Shown one piece after another: positions 47,110-57,502 of a DNA stretch of 64,000 bases. The DNA is taken from NCBI GenBank assembly GCA_965204375.1, contig OZ241986.1:2016001-2080000 (forward strand), written 5' to 3'. A program made the position numbers and the translations under genes. The notes beneath the pieces are model-generated. The model had not been told where the DNA came from and made no database searches. It saw nothing but the letters and a program-made list of their open reading frames with translations. This stretch comes from Candidatus Latescibacterota bacterium. Its GTDB lineage: Bacteria > Latescibacterota > UBA2968. Position 1 is the stretch's first letter; every line of letters starts with the position of its first letter.

Positions 47110-48090
47110 ATGAACCGCATCTTAATCTCATTGGTCCTCATGCTCTTTATCGCTTGTGGCAGTGAACAAACCGGTCCGGAAGAGACAACCATTGCCGTCA
47201 TACCCAAAGGCACAACCCACGAGTTCTGGAAATCGATTCACGCAGGCGCAGTCAAAGCACAGCGCGAGTTAGACATAGAAATAATATGGAAGGGGCCACT
47301 CAAAGAAGACGACCGCGAAGACCAGATCGCACTCGTCGAAAATTTCATCTCTCGCGGCGTTTCGGGTATTGTGCTCGCGCCCCTTGACGACACCGCCCTT
47401 CGCGTACCCGTTGCCAATGCCGTAAGCAGCGGCATCCCGGTCGTCATTATCGACTCGGGCCTTCAAAGCGAAGACTTTGTATCCTTTGTCGCCACCGACA
47501 ATTATCGCGGAGGACACCTCGCAGGTGCCGACATGGCCCAACGCCTGAATCAAAAAGGCAAAGTCATCATGCTGCGTTATCAGGAAGGCTCTGCCAGCAC
47601 AATGAAACGCGAACAGGGATTCCTCGACGCAATAGGCGAGCATTCAGACATCGAGATCACCTCATCAAATCAACACGGCGGTGCCACCACAGAAAGCGCG
47701 TATCAAGCCAGCGAAAACTTGCTCGCCCCCTTGAAGGACGCAGATGGCAAACTCACCATCCAGGGCATCTTCTGTCCCAACGAATCCACCACATTTGGCA
47801 TGCTGCGCGCCCTGCAAGACGCGGGACTCGCCAGCAGTGTCATATTCATCGGCTTTGACAGCTCGGAAAAACTCGTCGAAGCCCTTGAAAACGACCAGAT
47901 CCACGGGCTTGTACTGCAAAATCCCTTTAGAATGGGCTACCTCGGTGTCAAAACCATGGTCGCACACCTCCAAAACCAACCCGTTGAAAAGCGCGTTGAC
48001 ACCGGCGTTGCCCTCGTCACCAAAGACAACATGAACAATCCAGATATCAAAGATGTATTGACGCCAGACCTGGATAAATGGCTTAAGTAA
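47110..48090 (+). CDS. Sugar ABC transporter substrate-binding lipoprotein (RbsB-like)
   Basis: Lipobox FIAC; IAVIPKGTTHEFW, GIPVVIIDS and FVATDNY. Confidence 0.92.
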   Translation: MNRILISLVLMLFIACGSEQTGPEETTIAVIPKGTTHEFWKSIHAGAVKAQRELDIEIIWKGPLKEDDREDQIALVENFISRGVSGIVLAPLDDTALRVPVANAVSSGIPVVIIDSGLQSEDFVSFVATDNYRGGHLAGADMAQRLNQKGKVIMLRYQEGSASTMKREQGFLDAIGEHSDIEITSSNQHGGATTESAYQASENLLAPLKDADGKLTIQGIFCPNESTTFGMLRALQDAGLASSVIFIGFDSSEKLVEALENDQIHGLVLQNPFRMGYLGVKTMVAHLQNQPVEKRVDTGVALVTKDNMNNPDIKDVLTPDLDKWLK

Positions 48091-48101
48091 ATGGAACAAA
48101 A

Positions 48102-49577
48102 ATGGTGAAAAAACTTTTCCGAATTGCAATAATTACCATCGCCATCCCTTCAATCGCCCTATCGCAGAACTTACCCGACCTGACCGCACTGAGCGAAACG
48201 ATTGAGCCACAGGTATCGTCAATTCGCTCGCTCAACTTTGTCCAGCCATATACAATACGCTATCAGACAAACGAGGAAATCACCGCATTCATAAACGATG
48301 AGTTCAATCAATCTGTACCGCTAATAATTCGTCAAAACTACGATCTATTAATCCGCGCCATTGGATTGCATCACGGTGGTGTTCCCTTCGACTTTGAAGC
48401 TATGAAAAGAACCTTGCAGGAACAGGTTGGAGCCTATTACGATCCCTCCACCCGTTCTGTCAACTTCCCGATAGGATCAATTTCCCCACAAGTGCTTCGA
48501 GTGATTATAGCACATGAACTCACGCATGTGCTACAGGACCAGCACTTTGGACTCGACCGCTTGCAAAACAGCGCGACAAACAGCGATCAATTATTAGCCC
48601 ATCAAGCTCTGGCCGAAGGGGACGCGACGCTGGTGGAATTCCTCTGGTCTTTTGATCGCGCAGGACAAGCGGTATCAGATGCAGAACTACAGCGAATCAT
48701 AAACAATATTATCAACACGGCCGTCAATGAAACGGACGAAATCCCTGATTTTCTATTTGAACAGCAAATTGGAATCTATTTCCGCGGAATGGCCTTTGTA
48801 TTTGAACTGAAAAAACGCGGAGGTTGGGCAACAGTGAATCGCGCGTACACCACTCCGCCAATGTCGATGGAACACATCCTCCATCCGGACAAATACTTCG
48901 CGGGGGAATCTATCGAGGAGATCGCACTTCCAGATTTGGCAAATGAATCCTTCGCAGGAAATTGGGAATTGCTGGATAGAGATACACTGGGCGAATTTGG
49001 TCTCAGAATCATCTTCAATACCTTTGATGTCAACACCCCATCACACGCAGCGGCCGCAGGCTGGCATGGCGACCAGTATGTCGTCCTCAAACACCGCCAG
49101 GATAATACACCCGCGCTCGTCCTGTTCACGACATGGGATACGGAACAGGACGCAACAGAGTTCAAAACTGCCTACGAAGACGTGCTCGCAATAAAACACC
49201 GTGGATCCACAGACTTCAAGATTGAGCAACAGGGGACAGATGTGTTAATCTCTGAGTCATCTCGGGATCTCGACCTGTTATTTGCGTACCTCGAAAAAGT
49301 TCGATTTACCCCCACGGTCGCACTCGAAATTTTCGATTTTGACGGCGATCACATAGTCGGCTTCTCGGACTTCCTCATGTTCGCCGCCCATTTTGGCAAG
49401 AATAGTTCTGACCCGGATTTTGACCAGCGATTCGACATCGATGCAGACGGTATGGTCGGCTTCACAGACTTCCTCGCATTCGCTTCTGCTTTTGGGAAAC
49501 AAATTACGCGCAACTCAAAACCCGCTGTAGTGATTGACCCACACATTATCCACCGCACGTTGGGATTTGTCCGATAA
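48102..49577 (+). CDS. Secreted zinc metalloprotease-like protein with C-terminal EF-hand/dockerin-like domain
   Basis: Signal peptide; AYYDP, AHELTHVLQDQHF and ALAEGDA; DFDGDHIVGFSDF and DIDADGMVGFTDF. Confidence 0.78.
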   Translation: MVKKLFRIAIITIAIPSIALSQNLPDLTALSETIEPQVSSIRSLNFVQPYTIRYQTNEEITAFINDEFNQSVPLIIRQNYDLLIRAIGLHHGGVPFDFEAMKRTLQEQVGAYYDPSTRSVNFPIGSISPQVLRVIIAHELTHVLQDQHFGLDRLQNSATNSDQLLAHQALAEGDATLVEFLWSFDRAGQAVSDAELQRIINNIINTAVNETDEIPDFLFEQQIGIYFRGMAFVFELKKRGGWATVNRAYTTPPMSMEHILHPDKYFAGESIEEIALPDLANESFAGNWELLDRDTLGEFGLRIIFNTFDVNTPSHAAAAGWHGDQYVVLKHRQDNTPALVLFTTWDTEQDATEFKTAYEDVLAIKHRGSTDFKIEQQGTDVLISESSRDLDLLFAYLEKVRFTPTVALEIFDFDGDHIVGFSDFLMFAAHFGKNSSDPDFDQRFDIDADGMVGFTDFLAFASAFGKQITRNSKPAVVIDPHIIHRTLGFVR

Positions 49578-49597
49578 AGCGGTCAGGCACATCCTCT

Positions 49598-51091
49598 ATG
49601 TCCATGCCCAAACATCCGCGCTTTGCCATGCACGGCATTCGCAAAACCTTTGGCGCAACCATCGCCCTCGACAATGTCGATTTTGCCGTTTCACCCGGCG
49701 AAATCCACGCCCTCATCGGTGAAAATGGCGCGGGCAAAAGCACCTTGATGAAAGTGCTATCGGGAGCCTTGCAGCCCGATGCCGGGGAAATGAACATTGA
49801 CGGATCGCCCTTCGCACCTGCCAATCCCCTCCAGGCGCGACAGCAGGGCGTAGCCATGATCTATCAAGAACTCTCCCTCGCGCCCCATCTAACTGTTGCG
49901 GAAAACGTCCTCCTCGGAATGGAAATCACGAGACGCGGATTATTGCAAAAATCAGATATGTATGCTCTTGTTCTAAATGCACTGACAGAACTCGACCATG
50001 CCGATATCGACCCCCACGCACGCGTGGGCACCCTCACCATTGCCGAACGGCAAATCGTAGAAATTGCACGTGCACTATCTGTTCAATGCCGCGTCCTCGT
50101 CCTCGACGAACCCACCAGCAGCCTCACGCGTGCAGATGCCGACCGTTTATTTCGCGTGATGCAACGCCTGAAAGCGCGAAATTTGGCAATCGTCTATATC
50201 TCGCACTTCCTCGAAGAGATCAAAGAAATCGCCGATCAATACACAGTTCTGCGCGACGGCAAAAAAGCTGGCAGCGGCCTGGTCGCCCAAACCCCCATAT
50301 CCGACATCGTTCACCTCATGGTCGGTCGGCAAATCGACGACTTTTTTCCCCGCTCCAGCCGCACATCGGGCGAACCACTCCTCGACCTCACGAACCTCGC
50401 TGCCGACCCTCTCCCTAACAGCGCATCCCTCGTCCTGCACCGCGGAGAAGTACTCGGCATAGGTGGACTCATCGGTGCTGGTCGCACGGAACTTTTGCGC
50501 GCCATTTTTGGCCTTGCCCCCATACGCAAAGGCAATATCACCTTAGCGCACAACACTGCCCGCGCAACACCTGCACAGCGCCTCGCGCAGGGAATGGGAT
50601 TGCTCAGCGAAGACCGCAAAGACGAGGGACTCGCCCAATCGATGAGTCTGACCGATAACCTCACCCTATCGCGCTTGCCCAGAGGGATCATCTTTCCCAA
50701 AAAACTGCACGCCATTGCCCACCAGTGGATATCTCGCCTCGGCATTCGCACATTGGGACCTGCACAATCCATTGCAGACCTCTCTGGCGGCAACCAGCAA
50801 AAAGTCGCGCTCGCCCGCCTGCTCCACCACGACGTAGATTGCCTGCTTTTGGACGAACCCACGCGCGGTATTGACATTGCCAGCAAAGCCGACATCTACC
50901 ACCTGATTAACCAACTCGCAACACAGGGCAAAGCCATTCTCCTCGTAAGCAGTTACCTGCCCGAACTCCTCGGGATATGCGATCGTATCGCCGTCATGTA
51001 CCGCGGTCGCCTCGGCCCAGCGCATCCCGTTGACAAATGCAGCGAACACAGCCTCATGCTCGAAGCGACCGGACAGGAGGTTGCACAGTGA
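49598..51091 (+). CDS. Sugar ABC transporter ATP-binding protein (RbsA-like)
   Basis: GENGAGKST, LDEPT and LSGGNQQK; duplicated NBD. Confidence 0.95.
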   Translation: MSMPKHPRFAMHGIRKTFGATIALDNVDFAVSPGEIHALIGENGAGKSTLMKVLSGALQPDAGEMNIDGSPFAPANPLQARQQGVAMIYQELSLAPHLTVAENVLLGMEITRRGLLQKSDMYALVLNALTELDHADIDPHARVGTLTIAERQIVEIARALSVQCRVLVLDEPTSSLTRADADRLFRVMQRLKARNLAIVYISHFLEEIKEIADQYTVLRDGKKAGSGLVAQTPISDIVHLMVGRQIDDFFPRSSRTSGEPLLDLTNLAADPLPNSASLVLHRGEVLGIGGLIGAGRTELLRAIFGLAPIRKGNITLAHNTARATPAQRLAQGMGLLSEDRKDEGLAQSMSLTDNLTLSRLPRGIIFPKKLHAIAHQWISRLGIRTLGPAQSIADLSGGNQQKVALARLLHHDVDCLLLDEPTRGIDIASKADIYHLINQLATQGKAILLVSSYLPELLGICDRIAVMYRGRLGPAHPVDKCSEHSLMLEATGQEVAQ

Positions 51092-52020
51092 ATCATCTCT
51101 CGCGCTTTGCCCCCCTGCTCGGCCTCTTTATGGTTTACGGCCTATTCGCCATTCTCAGTCCCGACAGCTTTAGCAGCGGCCGCAACCTCGAAACCATCGC
51201 CCGTCAAACAGCCATTGTCGGCACAGCAGCACTCGGCATGACCCTCGTCATCATCGCCGGGGGCATTGACCTCTCTGTCGGCTCCATCATAGCCCTGACC
51301 ACCGTCACCATCGCCGCATCGCTTCAGGCGGACCTATCACCTCTTGTCGCCGCGCTCATCGGCATATTCACAGGCGCGCTGTGTGGCCTTGTCAACGGCC
51401 TGATCATCACCCGTTTTCGCGTCGTGCCTTTTATCGTCACACTCGGCACGCTCCTGCTCGTGCGCGGCATTGCCAAAGGCCTGGCTGGCGAACAGAAAAT
51501 CGACGCCCCCCTCACCTATCTCATCGACCTGCTCGCAGCACTTCCGCGAGGTGCGTGGTGGATATTCCCGCCCGGCGTATGGCTTCTCATCATCCTCGCC
51601 CTCCTCACCGGCGGATTCCTCGCCTATACCCGCCCGGGCAAACACATCGTCGCCATTGGCTCCAATGAAAACACGGCTCGCCTGTGCGGCATTCGCGTCG
51701 AATCCACCAAATTACTCGTCTATGCCCTCGCCGGAACATCCGCAGGCATAGCCGGGCTTCTCCAATTTTCTCGCCTCACCGTAGGCGATCCCACGGTCGC
51801 TGTTGGCCTCGAACTCGACGTCATCGCAGCCGTTGTCATCGGCGGGGGCAGCCTCTCGGGCGGCGAAGGCTCGGTACTCGGCAGCGTGGTCGGCGCACTG
51901 ATCATGACCGTCATCCGCTCTGGCTGTTCACAAATGGGCTTGCCAAATTGGGTGCAAGAAATCGTCACCGGTATTATCATAGTCACTGCCGTGGCAGTCG
52001 ATAGATTGAGACATAGATAA
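51088..52020 (+). CDS. Sugar ABC transporter permease (RbsC-like)
   Basis: GGIDLSVGS, VPFIVTLG and LELDVIAAVVIGG; GTG start overlapping the upstream stop. Confidence 0.95.
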   Translation: MNHLSRFAPLLGLFMVYGLFAILSPDSFSSGRNLETIARQTAIVGTAALGMTLVIIAGGIDLSVGSIIALTTVTIAASLQADLSPLVAALIGIFTGALCGLVNGLIITRFRVVPFIVTLGTLLLVRGIAKGLAGEQKIDAPLTYLIDLLAALPRGAWWIFPPGVWLLIILALLTGGFLAYTRPGKHIVAIGSNENTARLCGIRVESTKLLVYALAGTSAGIAGLLQFSRLTVGDPTVAVGLELDVIAAVVIGGGSLSGGEGSVLGSVVGALIMTVIRSGCSQMGLPNWVQEIVTGIIIVTAVAVDRLRHR

Positions 52021-52113
52021 AAAGAGATGAAATTTGAACAGCGTAGAATCGTTAAAACGCACAGGCAAATCTACGAAACAGTTGACAACGGGCCGTCACT
52101 CCGACCAGTTCAT

Positions 52114-52455
52114 CTACGACGCAATATCAGGCGTGTCATCCTTATCCAGAGCCGCAATGCCCGTCAGTGCGACGGGCGGACGATCAGGGAATTCCGCCAC
52201 CAAGCGCAATGTTCCGCCCATCGCTTCGACATAGCCACTGAGCGTGGATAACAGCAGGTCGCTACGCTTTTCAATACGGGATACGTTTTCCTGGTTAATC
52301 CCGAGTTCCTTTGCCACGCGCACCTGCGTCTTCTTCCGCGCCTTGCGCAGGTCTCGCAGGGACATTTCTTCGGCGATCAACGCCTTAGCCCGCTCTTCCA
52401 CTTTCTTCCGACGCGTCAGAGAGAGCCGGTCCAGCCTTTCTGCTAGAGTCGTCAT
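52114..52455 (-). CDS. HigA-like XRE antitoxin
   Basis: LRDLRKARKKTQVRVAKELGINQENVSRIEKRSDLLLSTL..AMGGTL. Confidence 0.92.
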   Translation of the reverse strand: MTTLAERLDRLSLTRRKKVEERAKALIAEEMSLRDLRKARKKTQVRVAKELGINQENVSRIEKRSDLLLSTLSGYVEAMGGTLRLVAEFPDRPPVALTGIAALDKDDTPDIAS

Positions 52456-52820
52456 CTTGTCCTCCTCTTATCTTTCAGTCGTTCGAGATGCAAGTCGAAC
52501 CTGTCGTCCGCCTTTTTGATCAGCCCTCTGTAAAAGCGTCTTTCGCTGACGCCCGATTTGTCGCCAGCCACAAGCAAGATAGCTTTCCGCCTGGGATCAA
52601 AGGCAAAAGCAACTCGCCACACGCCGTCCGCAGCCTGAAAGCGCAGTTCCTTCATATTGGCGTGGCGCGATCCATTCAGAGTATCTACGCGCGGGCGGCC
52701 CAGTGCTGGTCCAAACGCCTCAAGAAGCGTGGCCTGCGCAAGCAGTTCATCCTGCACTGCGATGGGCAGAGCATCAAATTCTGAGTCGAAAGCCGGATCG
52801 AATCCGATTTCCCAGTTCAT
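52452..52820 (-). CDS. HigB-like RelE/Gp49 toxin
   Basis: FGPALGRPRVDTLNGSRHANMKELRF and RVAFAFDPRRKAILLVAGDK; true start inferred at ATG 52820. Confidence 0.92.
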   Translation of the reverse strand: MNWEIGFDPAFDSEFDALPIAVQDELLAQATLLEAFGPALGRPRVDTLNGSRHANMKELRFQAADGVWRVAFAFDPRRKAILLVAGDKSGVSERRFYRGLIKKADDRFDLHLERLKDKRRTR

Positions 52821-53054
52821 GGTCTGAATATGACTTGAAAAGCATATTTTGTCAAACGGTATTCTGCCCGTCCCTTGCGAAGCACCGAGGCAGATAAATG
52901 CGAGGATTGCTCCGAACCAGAGCCGCAGGCGCGAGATCGGTTTTTCTTTTATATTTGTTTTTTGCAACTTATTTTTCTCAGGTGAGTTAGAGAAAACGAG
53001 TTGCAGACCTGAGCCAACGACATGGCTCATTCACCCATTCCAAGGAGTAAACCC

Positions 53055-53504
53055 ATGCAAGCCCGACGTACTCTCTCCCTCATCGCCCTTGCCTTTTTGT
53101 TGACCTCGGCCCCTGCCTTTGCAGCCTCCGTCGAAGTGGAAGGCGAAGGCACGCCAGCCCTGTACGTAGTTAAGGTACACGCCGACTGGTGCGGCTCCTG
53201 CAAAGCACTGGTGCCCATTCTCGACGAAGTTCGAGAAACCATGTCTGCCGAGCCTGTTCTCTTTCTCACGTTAGACGTGACCGACGAAGACCGCACCGGA
53301 CAGGCCCGCCTGCTGGCCGCAGCTCTCGGCATCGAGCAACACCTCAAAACCAATAACAAAACCGGGCTGGTCCTGATCATCAATCCCGCCGACAAGGCCC
53401 TGCTGGAAACTCTGACTAAAGAAAACACCGCCGATGAAATGGTCGGTAAAATTGAGGAGCATATTGCCGCAACTGAGGACGACGACGAGGACATGGACAT
53501 GTGA
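53055..53504 (+). CDS. Secreted thioredoxin-like protein
   Basis: Signal peptide (APAFA); HADWCGSCK; RBS AAGGAG. Confidence 0.85.
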   Translation: MQARRTLSLIALAFLLTSAPAFAASVEVEGEGTPALYVVKVHADWCGSCKALVPILDEVRETMSAEPVLFLTLDVTDEDRTGQARLLAAALGIEQHLKTNNKTGLVLIINPADKALLETLTKENTADEMVGKIEEHIAATEDDDEDMDM

Positions 53505-53601
53505 GCCAAGAGGTCGAATTACGGTGCATCGCTTAGCGAACACTGGGCGATGCATCTGAAAGAACAACTATATCAAAACTGCTACTTATCGGAATCGAAA
53601 C

Positions 53602-54879
53602 ATGAACAAAGACACCGCCTTTCAAATGGGAGCCTCAAACCTGCGTTTTGGGGTGGGAACAACGCGCGAAATCGGCATGGATCTGTCCGACATAGGCCTC
53701 AAGCGCGTCCTCGTCATCACCGATCCCAACCTCGTCGATCTGCCTCCTGTTCAAACTGCGAGAGAGAGCCTGGAATCCGAAGGCATAGAATACGACCTAT
53801 TCGATCGCGTACGCGTGGAACCCACAGATATCTCCTTCAAAGACGCCATTGCAGTCGCCACAGAAGGCACTTACGAAGGCTATGTCGCCATTGGGGGCGG
53901 TTCATCTATCGACACGGCAAAAGCAGCCAACTTATTTGCAACCTATCCCGATGACTTCTTCGCCTATATCAACGCCCCCATCGGCCAGGGCAAACCCGTT
54001 CCCGGCCCTGTCAAACCCCTCTTTGCCATTCCCACCACAGCCGGAACGGGAAGCGAAACCACGGGCGTAGCCATTATGGACCTCTCCGATCGCCACGTCA
54101 AAACCGGCATCGCACACCGCTATCTCAAACCCGACCTCGCCATTGTCGATCCCGAAAACACGCGCACCATGCCGCCTTCTATCGCGGCAGCAACCGGCCT
54201 CGACGTCCTTTGTCACGCCCTCGAATCCTTCACCGCCATCCCCTATACCGAACGCCCCAGACCCAATCGCCCAATAGAACGCCCCGCCTATCAGGGCGCC
54301 AACCCCATTTCCGACATGTGGGCGCTCAAAGCCATAGAAATGACCACGCAATACCTGCCCCGCGCAGTTCGGAACCCCGACGATGACGAAGCCCGCGCAC
54401 AAATGATCCTCGCCGCATCGCTCGCAGGCATCGGCTTTGGCAATGCAGGCGTTCACCTCTGTCACGGCATGTCGTATCCCGTCTCAGGTATGGTGCGAGA
54501 CTTCAAACCCAAAGGGATGATCACCGACCACGCCATCATCCCACACGGCATGTCCGTCGTCCTCAACGCCCCTCCCGTCTTTCGATTCACAGGACCCGCG
54601 CGACCAGACCGCCACCTTCGGGCAGCACAGATCATGGGCGCAGACATCTCCAACGCATCTCCCGACGAAGCGGGCCACATCCTCGCCGATCAAATCGTCG
54701 CCCTGATGAAACAGCTCGAAGTGCCCAATGGCCTGTCAGCAATCGGATTTACCGAAAGCGACATCCCCGCACTCGTCGAAGGAACCCTCCCCCAACACCG
54801 CGTCACCAAACTCTCACCGCGTCCCGCAGAAGCCGAAGACCTGGAGAGTCTGTTCAAAGATGCAATGGTCGCATGGTGA
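53602..54879 (+). CDS. Hydroxyacid-oxoacid transhydrogenase (Fe-ADH family)
   Basis: GGGSSIDTAK, PTTAGTGSETT, RPAYQGANPISD and GVHLCHGMSY. Confidence 0.92.
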   Translation: MNKDTAFQMGASNLRFGVGTTREIGMDLSDIGLKRVLVITDPNLVDLPPVQTARESLESEGIEYDLFDRVRVEPTDISFKDAIAVATEGTYEGYVAIGGGSSIDTAKAANLFATYPDDFFAYINAPIGQGKPVPGPVKPLFAIPTTAGTGSETTGVAIMDLSDRHVKTGIAHRYLKPDLAIVDPENTRTMPPSIAAATGLDVLCHALESFTAIPYTERPRPNRPIERPAYQGANPISDMWALKAIEMTTQYLPRAVRNPDDDEARAQMILAASLAGIGFGNAGVHLCHGMSYPVSGMVRDFKPKGMITDHAIIPHGMSVVLNAPPVFRFTGPARPDRHLRAAQIMGADISNASPDEAGHILADQIVALMKQLEVPNGLSAIGFTESDIPALVEGTLPQHRVTKLSPRPAEAEDLESLFKDAMVAW

Positions 54880-54964
54880 AATCAAAGGTTGCCATTCTGT
54901 TGTCGAAATATTATGATGTAAGCACCAACAGCATCGATATACAGGGATAACAGGAGGGCTTTTC

Positions 54965-56848
54965 GTGGACGCTAAACTAATCTGGCTTTTTGCTTTTGTG
55001 GGACTTTACTGGGCTTATTGCCTCTTCTGGGGTGTCAGAGGCGCCATTTCTTCGCGCACATCAACCGACTACTTCGTGGCCGGGCGCACCATTGGCTTAT
55101 GGGTATTTGTTCTCGCGGCCACCGCCACCAGCTTTTCCGGCTGGACCTTTGTGGGGCACCCCGGCAAAATCCTCATCGATGGCCTGCCCTACGCATTCGC
55201 CTCCTTCTATGCCCTCACAATTCCCTTTACTGGCGTACTCTTTTTGCGCCGCCAATGGGTCGTCGGGCGGGCCTTTGAACACATTACCCCCGGCGAAATG
55301 TACACCACCTACTACGGTGGTAATGCCATGCGCCTGCTCACGGTTCTCGTCGCCTTCCTCTTTTCAGTACCCTATCTCGGCGTACAACTCCGCGCCTCTG
55401 GCGACCTCTTCCACGTACTCACCGACGGCATGATCGGCATTGAAATAGGTATGTTCGCCCTCTCTGCCATTGTTATGATCTACGTCGCATCCGGCGGTCT
55501 TCGCTCCGTAGCCTATGTTGACTGCGCCCAGTGTATCTTGCTCGCCCTCGGCATTGTCATCCTGGGGGGTATCGCCATCAGCTTTGCAGGGGGTTGGGGC
55601 GGGTTTACCGACGGCCTTGCAAACTATGTCAAACAAGACCTCGCATCGGGTCAAAAACTCACCCCTGCCGGCCACTCAAATATCGTAGCTATGCCGGGAA
55701 CGATCCAAGCAGTATCTTCAGGGGCAGAAGCACAAGGTAGTGTGTGGACCGGCATGATGTGCCTCACCTACATGTTCGCGCTCATGGGCATCCAATCCTC
55801 ACCCGCTTTTTCCATGTGGTGTTTTTCCAACAAAACCAGCGAACCTTTCCGCTGGCAGCAAGTCGTGGCATCCTCGATTATCATCGGCATCATCCTCTTC
55901 TCCTTTACCATCTTTCAGGGCATTGGGGGCAACATCCTCATTGCAAACGGCATCTTTGAATCCGCCAATGACAAAAACCTCGTTCCCCAACTCATCAACC
56001 TGCTCACCGACTCGGCTCCCTGGCTCGTCGGCTTGCTCGCGGTCTGTGCCCTCGCCGCAATGCAATCCACGGGAGCGGCCTACATGTCCACCTTCTCGGG
56101 CATGGTCACCCGCGACCTCTACAAACAGTACGTCGCTCCCGACGCATCGGACAGCGTGCAAAAACTCTGTGGGCGCATCTTCGTCATCGTCGTCACAGTA
56201 GTCGCGCTCTTCGTCGCCGCGCAATTCACCGGCGCCATCGTCATGCTCGGTGGCCTGGCCGTTGCCTACGGCTTCCAGATGTACCCGGCTCTCATGGGTG
56301 TGTGTTACTTTCCCTGGCTCACCCGCAAAGGCGTGGTCTGGGGCCTTGTTGCCGGCCTTATTGCCGTCACCCTGACCGACCGCACAGTGGCCGTATTTGG
56401 ACTTCCCTGGGGCGCATTCCCCCTCACCATTCACAGCGCGGGCTGGGGCATCTTCGCCAACTTGATCATTGCCCTGCTCGTCTCGAAATTCGGCTCAGAA
56501 AATAGAGAAGAACGCGAAAAACGCGAAAAACACCACGTCTTTATCCAGGCCGTCTCCGGCCTCACCGAAGACCAGAAGAAATGGGTGACACCAGCGTGGA
56601 TCCTCACAGTTTTATGGTTTCTCATTGGATTCGGGCCTTTTGCCACGGTTGGCAACACCCTATTTTCCGACCCCAACACCCCGGCCACCTGGGCGCCTTT
56701 TGGCTTGCCCTCACTCTGGATCTGGCAACTCCTCATGCTTATCTTCGGCATCTTCGTCATGTGGATGCTCGCCTTCAAAGTCGGCCTCTCCAAACCCGTT
56801 CCGATTGAAGATGTGACCTCGCAGCGTGAAGCGTTTTACAAAAAATAA
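54965..56848 (+). CDS. Sodium:solute symporter family protein
   Basis: DYFVAGR, ATSFSGWTF, GGLRSVAYVD and ALAAMQST; many TM helices. Confidence 0.93.
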   Translation: MDAKLIWLFAFVGLYWAYCLFWGVRGAISSRTSTDYFVAGRTIGLWVFVLAATATSFSGWTFVGHPGKILIDGLPYAFASFYALTIPFTGVLFLRRQWVVGRAFEHITPGEMYTTYYGGNAMRLLTVLVAFLFSVPYLGVQLRASGDLFHVLTDGMIGIEIGMFALSAIVMIYVASGGLRSVAYVDCAQCILLALGIVILGGIAISFAGGWGGFTDGLANYVKQDLASGQKLTPAGHSNIVAMPGTIQAVSSGAEAQGSVWTGMMCLTYMFALMGIQSSPAFSMWCFSNKTSEPFRWQQVVASSIIIGIILFSFTIFQGIGGNILIANGIFESANDKNLVPQLINLLTDSAPWLVGLLAVCALAAMQSTGAAYMSTFSGMVTRDLYKQYVAPDASDSVQKLCGRIFVIVVTVVALFVAAQFTGAIVMLGGLAVAYGFQMYPALMGVCYFPWLTRKGVVWGLVAGLIAVTLTDRTVAVFGLPWGAFPLTIHSAGWGIFANLIIALLVSKFGSENREEREKREKHHVFIQAVSGLTEDQKKWVTPAWILTVLWFLIGFGPFATVGNTLFSDPNTPATWAPFGLPSLWIWQLLMLIFGIFVMWMLAFKVGLSKPVPIEDVTSQREAFYKK

Positions 56849-56851
56849 AAA

Positions 56852-56880
56852 GAGCATCGGTGGATAATACACCGATGCTC
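56852..56880. terminator. Intergenic hairpin
   Basis: GAGCATCGGTG/CACCGATGCTC, an 11-bp perfect stem. Confidence 0.6.
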
Positions 56881-56898
56881 CTATATGGAGATAGACGA

Positions 56899-57111
56899 AT
56901 GGCAAAGCATCACATCCCTCTAAAGCTGGATAAAACAGCACTTTCTATAGGATCACTCTCCGATACTTCGGAAGAACGTACATATTGGCTTACTCAAACA
57001 CCTCGCGAACGCCTGAAGCAAATCGAAATTCTTCGCCGGATCAATTATGGAAATCGAGCTACCAGACGACTTCAAAGAGTTCTTGAAGTTGCTCAACGAA
57101 CATGGCGTTGA
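56899..57111 (+). CDS. Small hypothetical protein, partner of the nucleotidyltransferase
   Basis: YWLTQTPRERLKQIEILRRINYG..RLQRVLEV; RBS GGAG. Confidence 0.7.
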   Translation: MAKHHIPLKLDKTALSIGSLSDTSEERTYWLTQTPRERLKQIEILRRINYGNRATRRLQRVLEVAQRTWR

Positions 57112-57493
57112 ATATCTCTTGATTGGTGGCTATGCTGTCGGTTATTACGGTTATCCACGAGCCACTAACGATCTGGATATTTGGATTGCAGTCCATCCCC
57201 AAAATGCCGAACGCCTGATCACTGTCCTGCAAGCCTTTGGATTCCCCACATCCGATCTCTTTGCAAATATATTTCTCAATGAAGAAGACATCATTCGCAT
57301 GGGCGTTCCTCCAATGCGTATTGAAATTATTCCATCTATTTCTGGTGTTGATTTTGATACCTGCTATGCAGAACGCATCGTCGATATCATAGATGAAATT
57401 CAAGTTAATCTAATCAGTCTTGAACACTTAAAGGCGAACAAAAAAGCGAGCGGAAGATTCAAAGACCTCGACGATTTAGAACACCTTCCTTGA
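57047..57493 (+). CDS. Minimal nucleotidyltransferase (DUF6036-like)
   Basis: YLLIGGYAV..PRATNDLDIWI and NKKASGRFKDLDDL. Confidence 0.85.
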   Translation: MEIELPDDFKEFLKLLNEHGVEYLLIGGYAVGYYGYPRATNDLDIWIAVHPQNAERLITVLQAFGFPTSDLFANIFLNEEDIIRMGVPPMRIEIIPSISGVDFDTCYAERIVDIIDEIQVNLISLEHLKANKKASGRFKDLDDLEHLP

Positions 57494-57502
57494 AAGTTTT
57501 CA

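Noticed and set aside
52821-53030. N-terminal extensions given by the ORF track (toxin to 53030, ybeY from 11066, SBP from 46906, nuclease from 36964)
   Set aside because: Family similarity and RBS or stop-start overlaps point to the downstream starts used above.
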